Source: Eledone cirrhosa
Taxonomy: Eukaryota
Assembly: GCA_964016885.1 (NCBI GenBank)
Contig: OZ024742.1
Span: 289,292,001 to 289,356,000, forward strand
Length of the DNA: 64,000 nt
Direction: 5' to 3'
Part shown: positions 52,565 to 64,000 of the stretch, piece after piece
Numbering within the stretch: the stretch's first letter is position 1
Layout: every line of letters begins with the position of its first letter
Made by a program: the position numbers and the translations under genes
Notes under the pieces: model-generated
Seen by the model: only the letters and a program-made list of their open reading frames with translations
What the model was told of the DNA's origin: nothing
Databases searched by the model: none

Positions 52565-55222
52565 CATCATCATCATCATCATCACCGTTTTACGTCCGTT
52601 CTTCCACGCTAGCATGGGTTAGACGGGTTGTCCTGTTGTGTGCAGTGTCTGGTCGGCTGACCATGCCTTGCTCATACAGGAACTGATCTGGCTTGATTTC
52701 TACAGCTGGATGCCCTTCCTAACACCAACCTCATTTACAGTGAGTGCTGGGTGCTTTTTCGTGGCGCCTACACGTTCACTTTACAGTGTGGGCTGGGTGC
52801 TTTTTTGCCGTGGCACCTCCACGACCACCTTGCGGTGGGGGGTGTGGGGGCATATTGTTTATATGCTTCAGCATGTACCCATGGGAGGTCGGGTACTCTG
52901 TATTACTGCGTGACGCCAGAAGTCACGGTCGTGTGTCATTGTCTTTGAGAGGTGTAATTGGGTAAGGTCGGCTTTTATCACCTCATCCCAGGTCATCTTG
53001 GGTCTCCCCACTCCGCGGTTTCCATCAACTTCTAGTGCTCTGCACCTTTTTATGCAGCTGTCATCCTTCATACGCAACCGCCTCTCCTGCACACAGCATT
53101 TGATTCCTCTTATGCTCAGTCTCTCTCTCAATTCATTTATGCTTTGCCGTTCGCGTATATTACTATTACACATCCATCGGAGCATGCAGGCTTCGTTTCT
53201 TTCTAATCTACGCAAGTCTTCCACCTTCAGCGCCCAGGTCTCACTACCATGTAACATTGCTGTTCGGATACACGCATCATACAGTCTGCCTTTCATTTTG
53301 AGGGAGAAACCTTTTGCAGCTAGCAGTGGCAGTAGTTCCCTGAACTTCTTCCATCCCGTTCTTACCCTAGTTATTGTACTTTCTGAACACCCACCTCCGC
53401 TGCTAATTCGGTCACCTAGGTAGCAGAAGCTGTCTACTGTTTCTACAGAGCCTTCCCAGAGATTGGTGGTACTTGTTTCCTGTGGCTGTTTGCTGCTTGC
53501 TGTCCCAGCACAGCTGCTACATGTGAAGCCTACATTCTTAATTAAGCTTCCTGATATCCCGCTACATCTCTTGTGTACCCATTGTTTGCATTTGGGGCAG
53601 AGAATGGAGTTCCTACCTACACCTTTCCTACATACTGAGCAAGGCCATTTCCCCGAGGGGATCTGGGTTCTGTTTTCTCGTCTACTTACAAGGACCTTAG
53701 TCTTGGTCATGTTGACTTTGAGACCCTTTCTCTCTAGTCCCTGCTTCCAGGTTTGGAATTTATTCTCTAGTTCTACCATAGATTCAGCTATGAGTGCGAG
53801 GTCATCAGCATACAGGAGTTCCCATGGGCATCCGGTCTTAAACTCCTCCGTTATTACCTGCAGGACTATGATGAACAGGAGAGGGCTAAGAACAGAGCCC
53901 TGGTGGACCCCAACCTGTACGCTAAATTCCTCGCTATACTCATTGCTAATCCTAACTTTGCTGACTGCTCCCCTATACATGGCTTGTACCGCTTTCACAA
54001 GCCATTCATCTACTCCTAGTTTTCTAAGAGCCCACCAGATTACAGCACGTGGAACTCTGTCAAAGGCTTTCTCAAGGTCGACAAATGCCAAGTAGAGTGG
54101 CTTACTTTTAGCTAGGTACTTTTCCTGTAATTGCCTCACAAGGAAGAGGGCATCAGTGGTGCTTCTTCCTGGTACAAACCCAAATTGCATCTCGTCTATA
54201 TTCACCCGGTCCCTAATCAGCTGTGCTATAACTCTTTCTGTTACTTTCATGACCTGGTCCATCAACTTTATACCTCTATAGTTTCCTCTATCTAGTGCAT
54301 CGCCTTTGCCTTTGTAGCAGTTGACAATGATGCTACTGCACCAATCTTTTGGTATGGCCCCTTCTAGTATTACCTGGTTAACGATACGTGTGGTTATAGT
54401 GTGACCTACAGACCCAGATGCCTTCAGCATCTCGGCAGCTATACCCAATGGACCGGTTGCCTTCCCCATCTTCATATCTTTGATTGCCTTACTTACTACG
54501 CTGCTGCTGACTTGTACTGCTGGTCCCTCTATAGGGTCTACTTGGGGTAGGGTCTCTTCTTCCCATGCATTCTCCTCATTTAGTAATCTATCATAATGAC
54601 TCTTCCATGCATCTTTCTTCTCAGCACTTGTGAGGGCAAGCTCACCTTTATCATTCCGGATACACTTCTCTCCAATGACATCACAACTATCTCTGACACA
54701 CTGCCTCGCAATCTTGAATACCTCCTGTTTCTGGTCCTCACGTTGCAAAACATGCTTGAATTTTCTATCCTCTGCTTCCCTCCTAGCTAAGTATACTTGT
54801 CGCCTAGCTTCCCTCTTGGTCTCTATGTAATGTTCCCTGCTCCCCCCGTTCTTCCATTCTTTCCATGCCTGTCTCTTGGCCTTAACTGCTTCATCTACCT
54901 TATTGTTCCACCACCAAGTCACTCTCCTCCTGCTTGAGGTCTTACTCCAGCCACAGACCTCATCCGTCGCCTCTAGTAAATTATTTTTTAGGAACTCCCA
55001 GTTCTCTTCTACGTTAAATGTCTCTATCTGTTCCTCTTTACTGTCGTAGGCGTTGAGTAAAATATCTTTAAATCTGTTACTGGTTGAGGGGACTTTCAGC
55101 TTCCAGATCTTTCTTCTCCAGGTTGGCCTCTGTTTCCGGGTTCGTCTAGTTCTGACCGTAAGGTCGCTGACAACTAAGCTATGTTGGGATGTACATTCCT
55201 CACTAGGGAAGGCTTTTGTGTT
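52565..55222 (-). mobile_element. RTE LINE, second subfamily, 5'-truncated, uninterrupted reading frame
   Basis: ORF 52868-54922 (684 aa) stays open upstream to ~55222 (NTKAFPSEECTSQH); YADD intact; in-frame loss of WYGHVMR. Confidence 0.95.
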
Positions 55223-55278
55223 TATATATATATATATATATAGAAGGCTTTTGTGTTTATATATATATATATATATAT

Positions 55279-55835
55279 GAAAAGTGTAATTTACTACACA
55301 AAATGAAGGTTATAGAGAAAATTGAGGTTGGTAATGGCACATGGAATATATAAGAGACAGAATACTTTTTTGTGAAAAAACATATAATTTTATAAGGTAA
55401 GGAAATAATAAAGGGTATAAAAAATGACCGGTTTCGATGGGTCTGCAAAAGCCATCTTTTCAAATGTTGATTAATATTAAGAAAAATTAATAATAAGAAG
55501 AGTTAAAATTTGAGATTTGAAAATTCAAGTATAAAATTCATTGTGGGATTTCACAGTAGTTTTCATCGTTGACGAGCTGCTACCAAGATGAAAACTACTG
55601 TGAAATCCCACAATGAATTTTATACTTGAATTTTCAAATCTCAAATTTTAACTCTTCTTATTATTAATTTTTCTTAATATTAATCAACATTTGAAAAGAT
55701 GGCTTTTGCAGACCCATCGAAACCGGTCATTTTTTATACCCTTTATTATTTCCTTACCTTATAAAATTATATGTTTTTTCACAAAAAAGTATTCTGTCTC
55801 TTATATATTCCATGTGCCATTACCAACCTCAATTT

Positions 55836-55840
<5 letters not shown>
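55279..55840. mobile_element. Fold-back element with apparently perfect 254-bp arms (55314-55567, 55587-55840) and degenerate hammerheads
   Basis: 19-nt loop; TTGAAAA-GATGG-cttttgcagac-CCATC-GAAACCGGTC at 55691-55728; extra left tail; microsatellite flanks. Confidence 0.85.
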
Positions 55841-55868
<28 letters not shown>

Positions 55869-55934
55869 GTGTGTGTGTGGTCATCATCATCATTATTTAA
55901 CGTCCATCTTCCATGCTAGCATGTATATATATAT

Positions 55935-56390
55935 ATAATAATAATACTATTTATAGTTATGTATATAGTATAAACAACTATAAACAGGAAAAGTCAGTAA
56001 TTTCCTACTACCTTATTACCAGTAAGAGAAATAGCTCAATGTAAGAACATCAGTTGTTTTACAGAGCAGAAAAATAAATTAGACAATTATCAAAGTGGTG
56101 TTCAAATCATTTAATAGCTGACAATCGTTTCTTCCAAACTTTCGTTTGGAGTCATCGGAGCATTATCAATGTTTGTACATATAATTAACCTCCTATTCAA
56201 CTGAACAATCATATAGATACATATACAACATCAATATATATGTATCTATATGATTGTTCAGTTGAATAGGAGGTTAATTATATGTACAAACATTGATAAT
56301 GCTCCGATGACTCCAAACGAAAGTTTGGAAGAAACGATTGTCAGCTATTAAATGATTTGAACACCACTTTGATAATTGTCTAATTTATAT
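55935..56390. mobile_element. Fold-back element with apparently perfect 152-bp arms (56074-56225, 56237-56388)
   Basis: 11-nt loop, long unique left tail, (TA)n flanks. Confidence 0.85.
56296..56350 (+). ncRNA. Type I hammerhead motif (U4C core variant); mirror copy on - at 56112-56166
   Basis: TAAT-GCT / AGC-t-ATTA stem I; CCGATGA; stem II cTCCAAAC-GAAA-GTTTGGAa; GAAAC-gatt-GTC. Confidence 0.65.
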
Positions 56391-56394
56391 ATAT

Positions 56395-56585
56395 ATAAGA
56401 ATATAGGCGGTAAAAACCAGTAAGACCATTTCTCACCAGACTACTCAATGCTTTGGGTAGTAGAGTGGGTAATATGAAAAATTCGGGGCCCCTGACAGCT
56501 GAGCTCCGGCCATTTCAACAGCTAGATCCGAATGGCTGTTGAAACGGCCGGAGCTCAGCCATTGGGGTCTTGAATTTTTTATATA
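56395..56585 (-). mobile_element. Hairpin element, same family as 7440-7645
   Basis: Shared palindrome and tail. Confidence 0.7.
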
Positions 56586-56617
56586 TATATATGTATGTAT
56601 GTATATATATATATATA

Positions 56618-57206
56618 CTAGCCGAATTACCTGCGCCTTGCTGCATTTCACACATTTTTTTTGTAAGAAAATGATGATTAATTTTAAATCAGTGATATAA
56701 TTTATGGAGAAAAACTCTGCATTTCAATATTGCTCAATGTAAAATGTAATGCATGAAAAATTAGAAAACATTATTTTTTGTAATATATCAAATCAAAATT
56801 ACAATTATTAAATCTTATTCTTATTTTGTTTCTTGTAAATAATTTTTTTCAAAATATCAATTCAAAACTTGATCATTTCAGTTTTGTGTAAAGCATTATT
56901 TTATTTGGGCTTCCAAAATGTTCACTATAGGGGGTTTAACCCCCATTCCCATTAGGGTGACTTAATATTATTGAAATTTGTTGAAATTTTGTGCATAGGC
57001 ATCATATCTTGTCATTTACCTATGGTTTAAATTTCATATAAATCGAAGGGAAAATATTTTCAGTGGGGGGTTTGTGCCCCCGGGGAACCCTTTGATTAAA
57101 AGGAAATATACTTATCCAAGTACCCTGGGCAATGTAGTTTCAGAATATATAGGGTTATGGGGGTGAACAAACAAACAGACAGGAACTACAACTTTATATA
57201 TATAGA
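56618..57206 (-). mobile_element. Non-autonomous Helitron
   Basis: On - strand: A|TCTATATATATAAAG start, (TGTT/TGTC) repeat near 5' end, GC-rich subterminal segment, CTAG|T end; no TSD. Confidence 0.7.
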
Positions 57207-57814
57207 TGTATGTATTTATGGAAAAAGCAAACAGAAATAACAAAGCAAATGACACAATACATTCCTCTATCTTTCTTAGTCTGTCTTTTTAGATAGATAC
57301 ATAGCTATAACGTCGCGCCCTTATAATATGTCTCTATGTCTGGCTGTCTGCATTAGATACATAGCTATAACGTCGCACACTTATAATGTCTGGCTGCCTG
57401 TCTGCATTGACTTCGCTTCTAACCAACTTTTAATTAATTCAGTGCAAAGATATTGCACGCCCTCTCAATAATTAATTATATATATATATATAATTAGTAA
57501 TAATAATAAATGTGAAGACTAAAATCCAAAGAGGGCTCGATAAGGATAAATATATATCAAACATATAAGAACCCTAGAGCAAATATTGTTCTCATTGCTG
57601 ACGTTTTTCTTCGCTTTTTTCCGTTCATTGCCAGGGAACGTCTTTACGAACCAAAGTATCATCTTCCTGTTTTCCTTCGGTTGCAACGTTTTTCAAAATA
57701 TTTACTTCTGCATTCACAGATTGATTTTTTTAGTGTCAGAAGATCCCATTAAGGGTGAAAGCAGCGATTCTTTGCTTAAACTTTAATCTGTTATTTTAAT
57801 ATATATATATATAA

Positions 57815-58468
57815 TTATATATTCGTGTACAGATATTTTTGCATACACAAAAACAAAATATAAACAAACGTATTTATTTCACGAAAGCACAGACGACTTA
57901 TCGTCATTGTTACTGCCGATATGCCACCAAAAAGTCTCAGCCTGGCTGCAAGATCAGAAGAAAAATTGTTACTAGAGCAACAAAGATTACTAAACTTTGC
58001 GATTACCATCAACAAAGCTCAGGGTCAAACCCTAAAAGTGGCTGGCCTACATCTGGGAAAACCATGCTTCTCCCATGGTCAATTGTATGTAGGATGCTCT
58101 AGGGTGAGATTGACAAACAATCTCTTCACCTTTGCTCCCGAGGGCCAAACAAAAGATATTGTATACTCTGAGGCTCTAACAATATAATTTATGTATTTTC
58201 TGTTACTTGGAATTTCCATTATGGTTGTACAAATTATTGTAAAGTTTGTTAAAAAATTTGTTCTCTGTTCAACCTTTATTGTTGTAACTATCAATTTTCT
58301 TTAACGTACTGGCTGCTGAACTGGGGAATCCTAAAAACTATTCAAACCCAACATCAGAGCACGTTAACCCCCCCACCTTCGCTGACTTGAAAGGGCGTGG
58401 AGGGGGGATTCCTGAAAAGATAAAATGCCAGTATACCTAGCCGGGCGACAGCCGGACGGGTCAGCTAG
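57815..58468 (+). mobile_element. Helitron 3' part with PIF1-like helicase C-terminus (5' boundary uncertain)
   Basis: ORF 57921-58187 FAITINKAQGQTL...CFSHGQLYVGCSRV...TKDIVYSEAL; CCGG hairpin 58441-58455 and CTAG|T at 58465-58468. Confidence 0.85.
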
Positions 58469-58469
58469 T

Positions 58470-58851
58470 TATAAATAAGAGAGACGGTTTTAAATGTACA
58501 TCCTCTGTTTATTATATAATCCTGTTATATGTATTTAGATGACGTCAAAGTGGTTGCATAATAACCCTTTGATGTGTTCTCTTCAGACAGGTGTAAGGTT
58601 GTAGGGTGATTATACAATAACATTGATGTCATCAAAATATGTATAACAGGATTATATAATAAACAGGGGATGTACATTTAAAACCATATCCCTTCTTTAT
58701 AATATATATATATATATTATAATCCTGTTATACATATTTTGAAGACATCAAAGTTATTGCATAATAACCCTACAGCCTAGCACCTGTCTGAAGAGAACAC
58801 ATCAAAGGGTTATTATGCAATCACCTTAACATTATCTAAATACATATAACA

Positions 58852-58852
<1 letters not shown>
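58470..58852. repeat. Nested inverted-repeat element with (TA)n
   Basis: 58487-58685 folds on itself; 58718-58852 is a diverged reverse complement of ~58515-58655. Confidence 0.75.
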
Positions 58853-58904
<52 letters not shown>

Positions 58905-59213
58905 TGAGTGTATGTGTGTGTGAAAAATTAAGGATATTACAGGCACTGAAACCCTAGAAATGAACTATTTAAAGGGTGTCCACATTATTTATAACAATAT
59001 ACTTTAGCTCTGTACTTAACATAGAGCATTCTTATTCCTTTATCTAGTCTTCAGAAAGTCTTGACACTATACTACACCACACACACACACACACATATAC
59101 TCAGGTAAAAAAGAATTATGCCAACAACATTTCAAGCTCAATGTAATTCCACAATCAGCAAGATAATGCTAATCTTCTCATCACAGGTACAATCCATAAA
59201 AGTGTTTTAGGTG

Positions 59214-59429
59214 TTAACCCTTTAGCATTTACATTACTCTATATTTACTATTATATTGTCACGGTAAAGGCTTTACCTCACATAATATCAAATCTATGAG
59301 ATTTTGATATTATTTATTTTGAGAACAATGCCTTAAGATCAGTATGAGCAGCCAGTTACAGCCGGTTTGAACAGAAAGAGGTGAGAGAATTCTGGCTGTA
59401 TAAGGCTGGTTTAAATGCTAAAGGGTTAA
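59214..59429 (+). mobile_element. piggyBac-type MITE
   Basis: TTAA TSDs and perfect TIRs. Confidence 0.9.
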
Positions 59430-59924
59430 AGTTCATGTAAGTAAATCTAAAGAGCCATATAAATGAGGAGCACAAATAAAAAAAGTTGCAAATGTAAGAA
59501 TTTGCTATTTGTGCATATATAAATATGTGTGGGCTGTTATATATATATATATGGGCTGTTATATATATGGTGTGATATTACATGTTTGCGGTGAGTCATG
59601 GCTATTGAATGTGGCAAGATAGACTGAGAGGAATGATGTTAAGATTATATGTAAAGGGGAACATACATACGTTCTGAGAAGGAGCTTGTCATTATCTTTT
59701 GATAGATACTTAACTGCCTGAAACTGACCCTAGTTATATGGTACATAATTTTATTAAGAGACTTTGTTATAATCCAGACATCAGCTTAAAAATTACATTA
59801 CTAAACCTCTCCAAATTCTTGATTATCTTCTAAATGATTTGAAAATTATAGGCAACATCATTCATTAGAAATATAGAGCACACAGATGAAGCTTTGGAGT
59901 AAATAGGACAATGACCTGACCTTT

Positions 59925-59961
<37 letters not shown>

Positions 59962-60161
59962 TAAAAGATCGGAGGCCATATTCAGTTGATTCAGGTTTAT
60001 TTAAAACTCTGTGGTATATATTTCACTGAGGACTATCAGTTATGATAGCCTGAGCTCTTCAGATGGTAAAACCTAAAATAAACATTGAAAGTTCTTAAGA
60101 ACCTTTAAATTTGGAAAAATTCAATAATTTCCCCGATGGTGTTGTTTCTTCGGTTAACCCC

Positions 60162-60281
<120 letters not shown>

Positions 60282-60282
60282 A

Positions 60283-60552
60283 TCATCATCATCATCATCA
60301 ATTTTCTGTTCGTTTTTCCACACTTGCATGGGTTGGGTTGGACAGCATCTCTCCACTCACCACGTTTCTTCTTCACCTCTATGAGCCTCAGCAATTTGAA
60401 ATCAGATCTCACAACCTCTGCCCAGGTCTTTCTCGGTCTACCTCTACTGCGGCTTCCATCCACTGGCATTCCCTGGCACTGCTTCACCCATCAATCATCA
60501 TCCATGCGCATCACATGTCCATTCCAATGCAATCTTCTCTCCTGCACATCAC
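60283..60552 (-). mobile_element. RTE 3' fragment
   Basis: GRPRKTWAEVV, (CAT)n tail. Confidence 0.85.
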
Positions 60553-60584
60553 CTGTATATATATACTTATCCTTCTCATTCCAT

Positions 60585-60912
60585 CCTCATATCTGAGGGT
60601 CAAGGATCATGGACTTATGGACCAGCACTCTCCCTTTTTTCCTGTCTCTTGCCAATGCCATACATTCCGCCAAATTCCTTCCTGTCCATTCCTTAATATC
60701 GTCTGTCCATTTTCTTTTTTCCTGTCCCCTGGCCATTTTCCCTTGTATTCATACCTCAAAGGTGTGGGTAGTCAAATTTTGGGCCCTGATGACATGACCA
60801 AAATACTGAAGCTTCCTCTTCCTTACTGTTTCAACTAACTGTCGATTGGTACCAATCTCTTCCAGAACAGTTTCATTTGTTCTGTGAGCTGTCCAGCTAA
60901 TTCTGAGTGCAC
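60585..60912 (-). mobile_element. BovB-like RTE C-terminal fragment (distinct family)
   Basis: Manual translation RKLQYFGHVIRAQNL...WTDDIKEWTG. Confidence 0.7.
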
Positions 60913-61534
60913 ACGTATATAATATGAATACTTTTAAAATTAATGAACGATGTTAGCCTAGTGGTCACATGCATCAAATTGATTATGGTTGAATATCCAT
61001 TCACTCAATGAAAAAGAAACAAAGAATTGATTTTATTAGAGTGAACTCAATAGATATAATGAATAAACAACCACACCTGAACAAAACAGAAGGGATTTAA
61101 TTAATAAAACATTAATATTTACCCTGGCCACGTAGTTTCTGCTGCATGAACTGCCTGTTAATCTTCTGGAGGCTCAAGACACGTTAAGTCGCCAATAGAG
61201 TAATCTCTCCTTAATACATAATACAGTGTCAAGGGAAGCAATTCATAAAACTTTCTAGCATGCTAAAGATTAAGGTGCATTCATATGCACATTAATAGCC
61301 GGACCACATGCAACTTCATCAATGGGAACTTGTCTGGTGTTCCAGGTATAGTTATACATCAAATTGCCTCTCACACATCACTGCCAGAGTAGTAGCAGTA
61401 GTGTTCATATTAGCCTTCTGTAATCGAAGGGGAGGTCAAAAATATATTATCACTGTGAGAGCTTGTGGCAAGAAGGAATACAAATATCTGTTCTGACACC
61501 CAAAGCACTTGACTAGTTTATGATAAATTATGAG

Positions 61535-61750
61535 TTAAGCCTTTAGCATTTACATTACTCTATATTTACTATTATATTTTCACAGTAAAGACTTTATCTC
61601 ACATAATATTAAATCTAGGAGATTTTGATATTATTTATTTTGAAAACAATCCCTTAATATCAGTATGAGTGGCCAGTTACAGCCAGTTTGAACAGAAAAA
61701 GGTGAGAGAATTCTGGTCGGATACAGCCAGTTTAAATGCTAAAAGGTTAA
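61535..61750 (+). mobile_element. piggyBac-type MITE
   Basis: TTAA TSDs, slightly diverged TIRs. Confidence 0.85.
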
Positions 61751-62101
61751 AAGAATATGAGTATTTTCAAAATCAATCGATCATGTTATCTTTGTGGTAA
61801 CATGCATTAAACTGACTACGATTGAATATCCATTCACTCAATGAAAATGAAACAGGCTTGTGCAGTCTCCATCTACCAAATTTCACTCAAAAGCATTGGT
61901 CAACCTGAGGTTTTAGTAGAAACCATTTGCTCAAGGTGTCATTCAAAGAGACTGAAGCTGTACCTATGTAATATATAAATGGTATATATTTGTGACATGA
62001 TTAATATTACAGAAGTTAGTTCCACCTTGTTTCATATTTTAATTACATTTTGGTGATTATTTGTAATTATTTTATTGACACTTCTTTTTTTTCTTTTGTA
62101 G

Positions 62102-62199
62102 GACGTAAATTTTTCCGCAAAAATGATCGCAAATTAGCAGAAAACCGAGAATTGGAGTTACACAAATTTGTAAAAGAGATTTTGTTGATGCATCCACAG
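62102..62199 (+). CDS. Internal coding exon of a host gene, PX (phox homology) domain-like segment
   Basis: Branch-like TTGAC, polypyrimidine tract and TAG acceptor (62100-62101); CAG|GTTAGT donor; 98 nt, phase 1 to 0; peptide GRKFFRKNDRKLAENRELELHKFVKEILLMHPQ resembles the post-PxxP helix of p47phox/Tks-type PX domains. Confidence 0.7.
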
Positions 62200-63024
62200 G
62201 TTAGTGTTGTTGTTGTTACTGTTGTGGTTGTTATTGTTATATCTACCTATCTATCTCTATATGTCTGTCTGGCTGTCTTTCTATAGTTATCTACTTACGT
62301 ATCTATTTTTGGACAAGAACAACAATAACAACAAAGCCTAAATCCAATAGCTGTCCGAAGACAGACAGATAGATGGAGAGATAGAGAGAGAGGGAGGGAG
62401 AGAGAGAGGCATATAGGTAGATAGATACATAGGTACAACAAAGTCATCATAATTTAGTAGTTATATGTTTGATAATGATTAAAAGAAATATGGAAGAAAA
62501 TTATCGCAATGGATTTAAAAAGGAATGTAAAATATATTATAGTGGGAGAAAGGTCAAAGAAAGTTACAAGTATCTTTACATAGAATGTTGTAATCCAGGA
62601 ATTATTGTTTTCACTATATACCTTTTTGATGGGAACTATGCTAACATTTAAAATGTCATATTTATCTTCAAGACTTGGTGGTTGTTTCTAATTAAAATGT
62701 GGAATTTCCTTGGGACCAGCTAGTTTGTATTATAGAGATTACTGCTTATGTCCTGATTGTCTTGTGGAAGAGGAATTCACTAGAAATGCTAACTTGTTTG
62801 TGGAAGACCATGGACTGAAGGACCTGAAATGGCACTGAACTTTAAACCAAAATAACAAAATTTATTTAGAATTTAGTAAAGTTACCAAATATAGTTTCTT
62901 TCTTTTTTTTTTTGTCTGTTAGACCATCCTTGATTAATGAAATCCATCCAAAGGTTTTAATCAATAAATTAACAATAATTCTTGTCCTCATTCCATTGGA
63001 TTAGCATCTACCAAAATATATGTC

Positions 63025-63350
63025 ATGTGGCTTAGTGTTTAGAGTGTTGGCATCACAGTCATGTGGCTGTGGGTTTGATTCCTGGTCCAGGCAGAACATT
63101 GTGTTCTCGAGCAAGACATTTCATTTTTCATGTTACATCAGTCCACACAGCTGGAAAAAAAAGTACCAGCAGCTGTGAGGGGGAGGAATTAACTTCTGCA
63201 ATGGACTGACATCCTGTCCAGGAGGAAGTCTTTTCATTATAGGACTGAGGGAGGGGCTATCATTAAAACATCTGACAAATTTCCTTTGTGATACTACATT
63301 ATATGAGTCCAACTAACCCTACATAGGTGTGAACTATAACAACAACGATG
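63025..63350 (+). mobile_element. tRNA-derived SINE with CORE-like block and (CAA)n-ending tail
   Basis: TGGCTTAGTG A box, GGTTTGATTCC B box, CTCGAGCAAGACA, CTGCAATGGACTGACATCCTGTCCAGG. Confidence 0.7.
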
Positions 63351-63817
63351 ACAGCATAGGCATTGTACAAAAATAGTTAGTAGCAAGGGCCTCAATGTAA
63401 TAAACTTTCCCCAATCTCAAGAAAGCCAAGTGATTTCGGCTTGTGTGTTCAGCAAGTCTTTTCAAGGTTCCCATGCTAGCGTGGAAAATGGACGTTAAAC
63501 GAAGATGATGATGATGATGATGATGATATATATATATATACACATACACTCACACGCTTGCATGCATACAAACATATATATAGATACGCAGACTCATGCA
63601 TACACACATACACACAACACTACAATGCTGTTGGCACCTCTTTAATTACCAAAGTTCCTATCCAGTACAGTTGACCTAACAAAACTAGCTCTCACTTTCT
63701 CTCTCTGCCTCTTCCCCAAGATTTTTGTCTATATTTCTCCATCTCTCTATCTTTTTCTGTCTATGTATTTCTCTACCTGTCTATCTATCTCAGTCTCTCC
63801 CACTATCTTTCTACTTG

Positions 63818-63910
<93 letters not shown>

Positions 63911-64000
63911 CTCTCCCACCCATCTCTCTACCCTCTCTTACCTTTCTTTCTCTCTCCCATGCCATCTTACCCACTTTCTCTCCTACACCACAACACAATT

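Noticed and set aside
53463-54095. Long antisense ORFs over RTE copies
   Set aside because: Shadow frames of the RT coding strand with no independent protein motifs.
60010-60066. Active hammerhead on - strand (CTGAAGA, long stem II, GAAATATATA)
   Set aside because: No stem I pairing found; counted only as a degenerate motif.
62737-62838. Next exon of the PX gene
   Set aside because: Poor polypyrimidine tract; phase-0 translations do not continue a PX domain.

Overview
AT-rich, repeat-saturated animal genomic DNA, most likely a coleoid cephalopod (Octopus-like). This is inferred from the SINE families, the RTE LINEs and the (TA)n/(CT)n load. There is no prokaryotic content, rRNA, intact tRNA or CRISPR. 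The window looks like one very large intron or intergenic tract with a single convincing host exon (62102-62199, PX-domain-like peptide, + strand). The rest is mobile DNA: RTE LINEs (one near full-length, several long truncated copies, all with a PHD finger inside the RT), CR1, Tx1/L1 and Penelope-like fragments, tRNA-derived SINEs, a TTAA-flanked piggyBac-type MITE (9 copies), Helitrons and satellites. Most notable: (1) several unrelated short elements sitting in (TA)n tracts, many of them fold-backs, carry hammerhead-ribozyme cores (about 15 intact or degenerate motifs); (2) a 2.6-kb, 52-bp satellite built from a tRNA 5' half; (3) 5'-3' complementarity inside the RTE RNA. Repeat boundaries were read by eye and are approximate.
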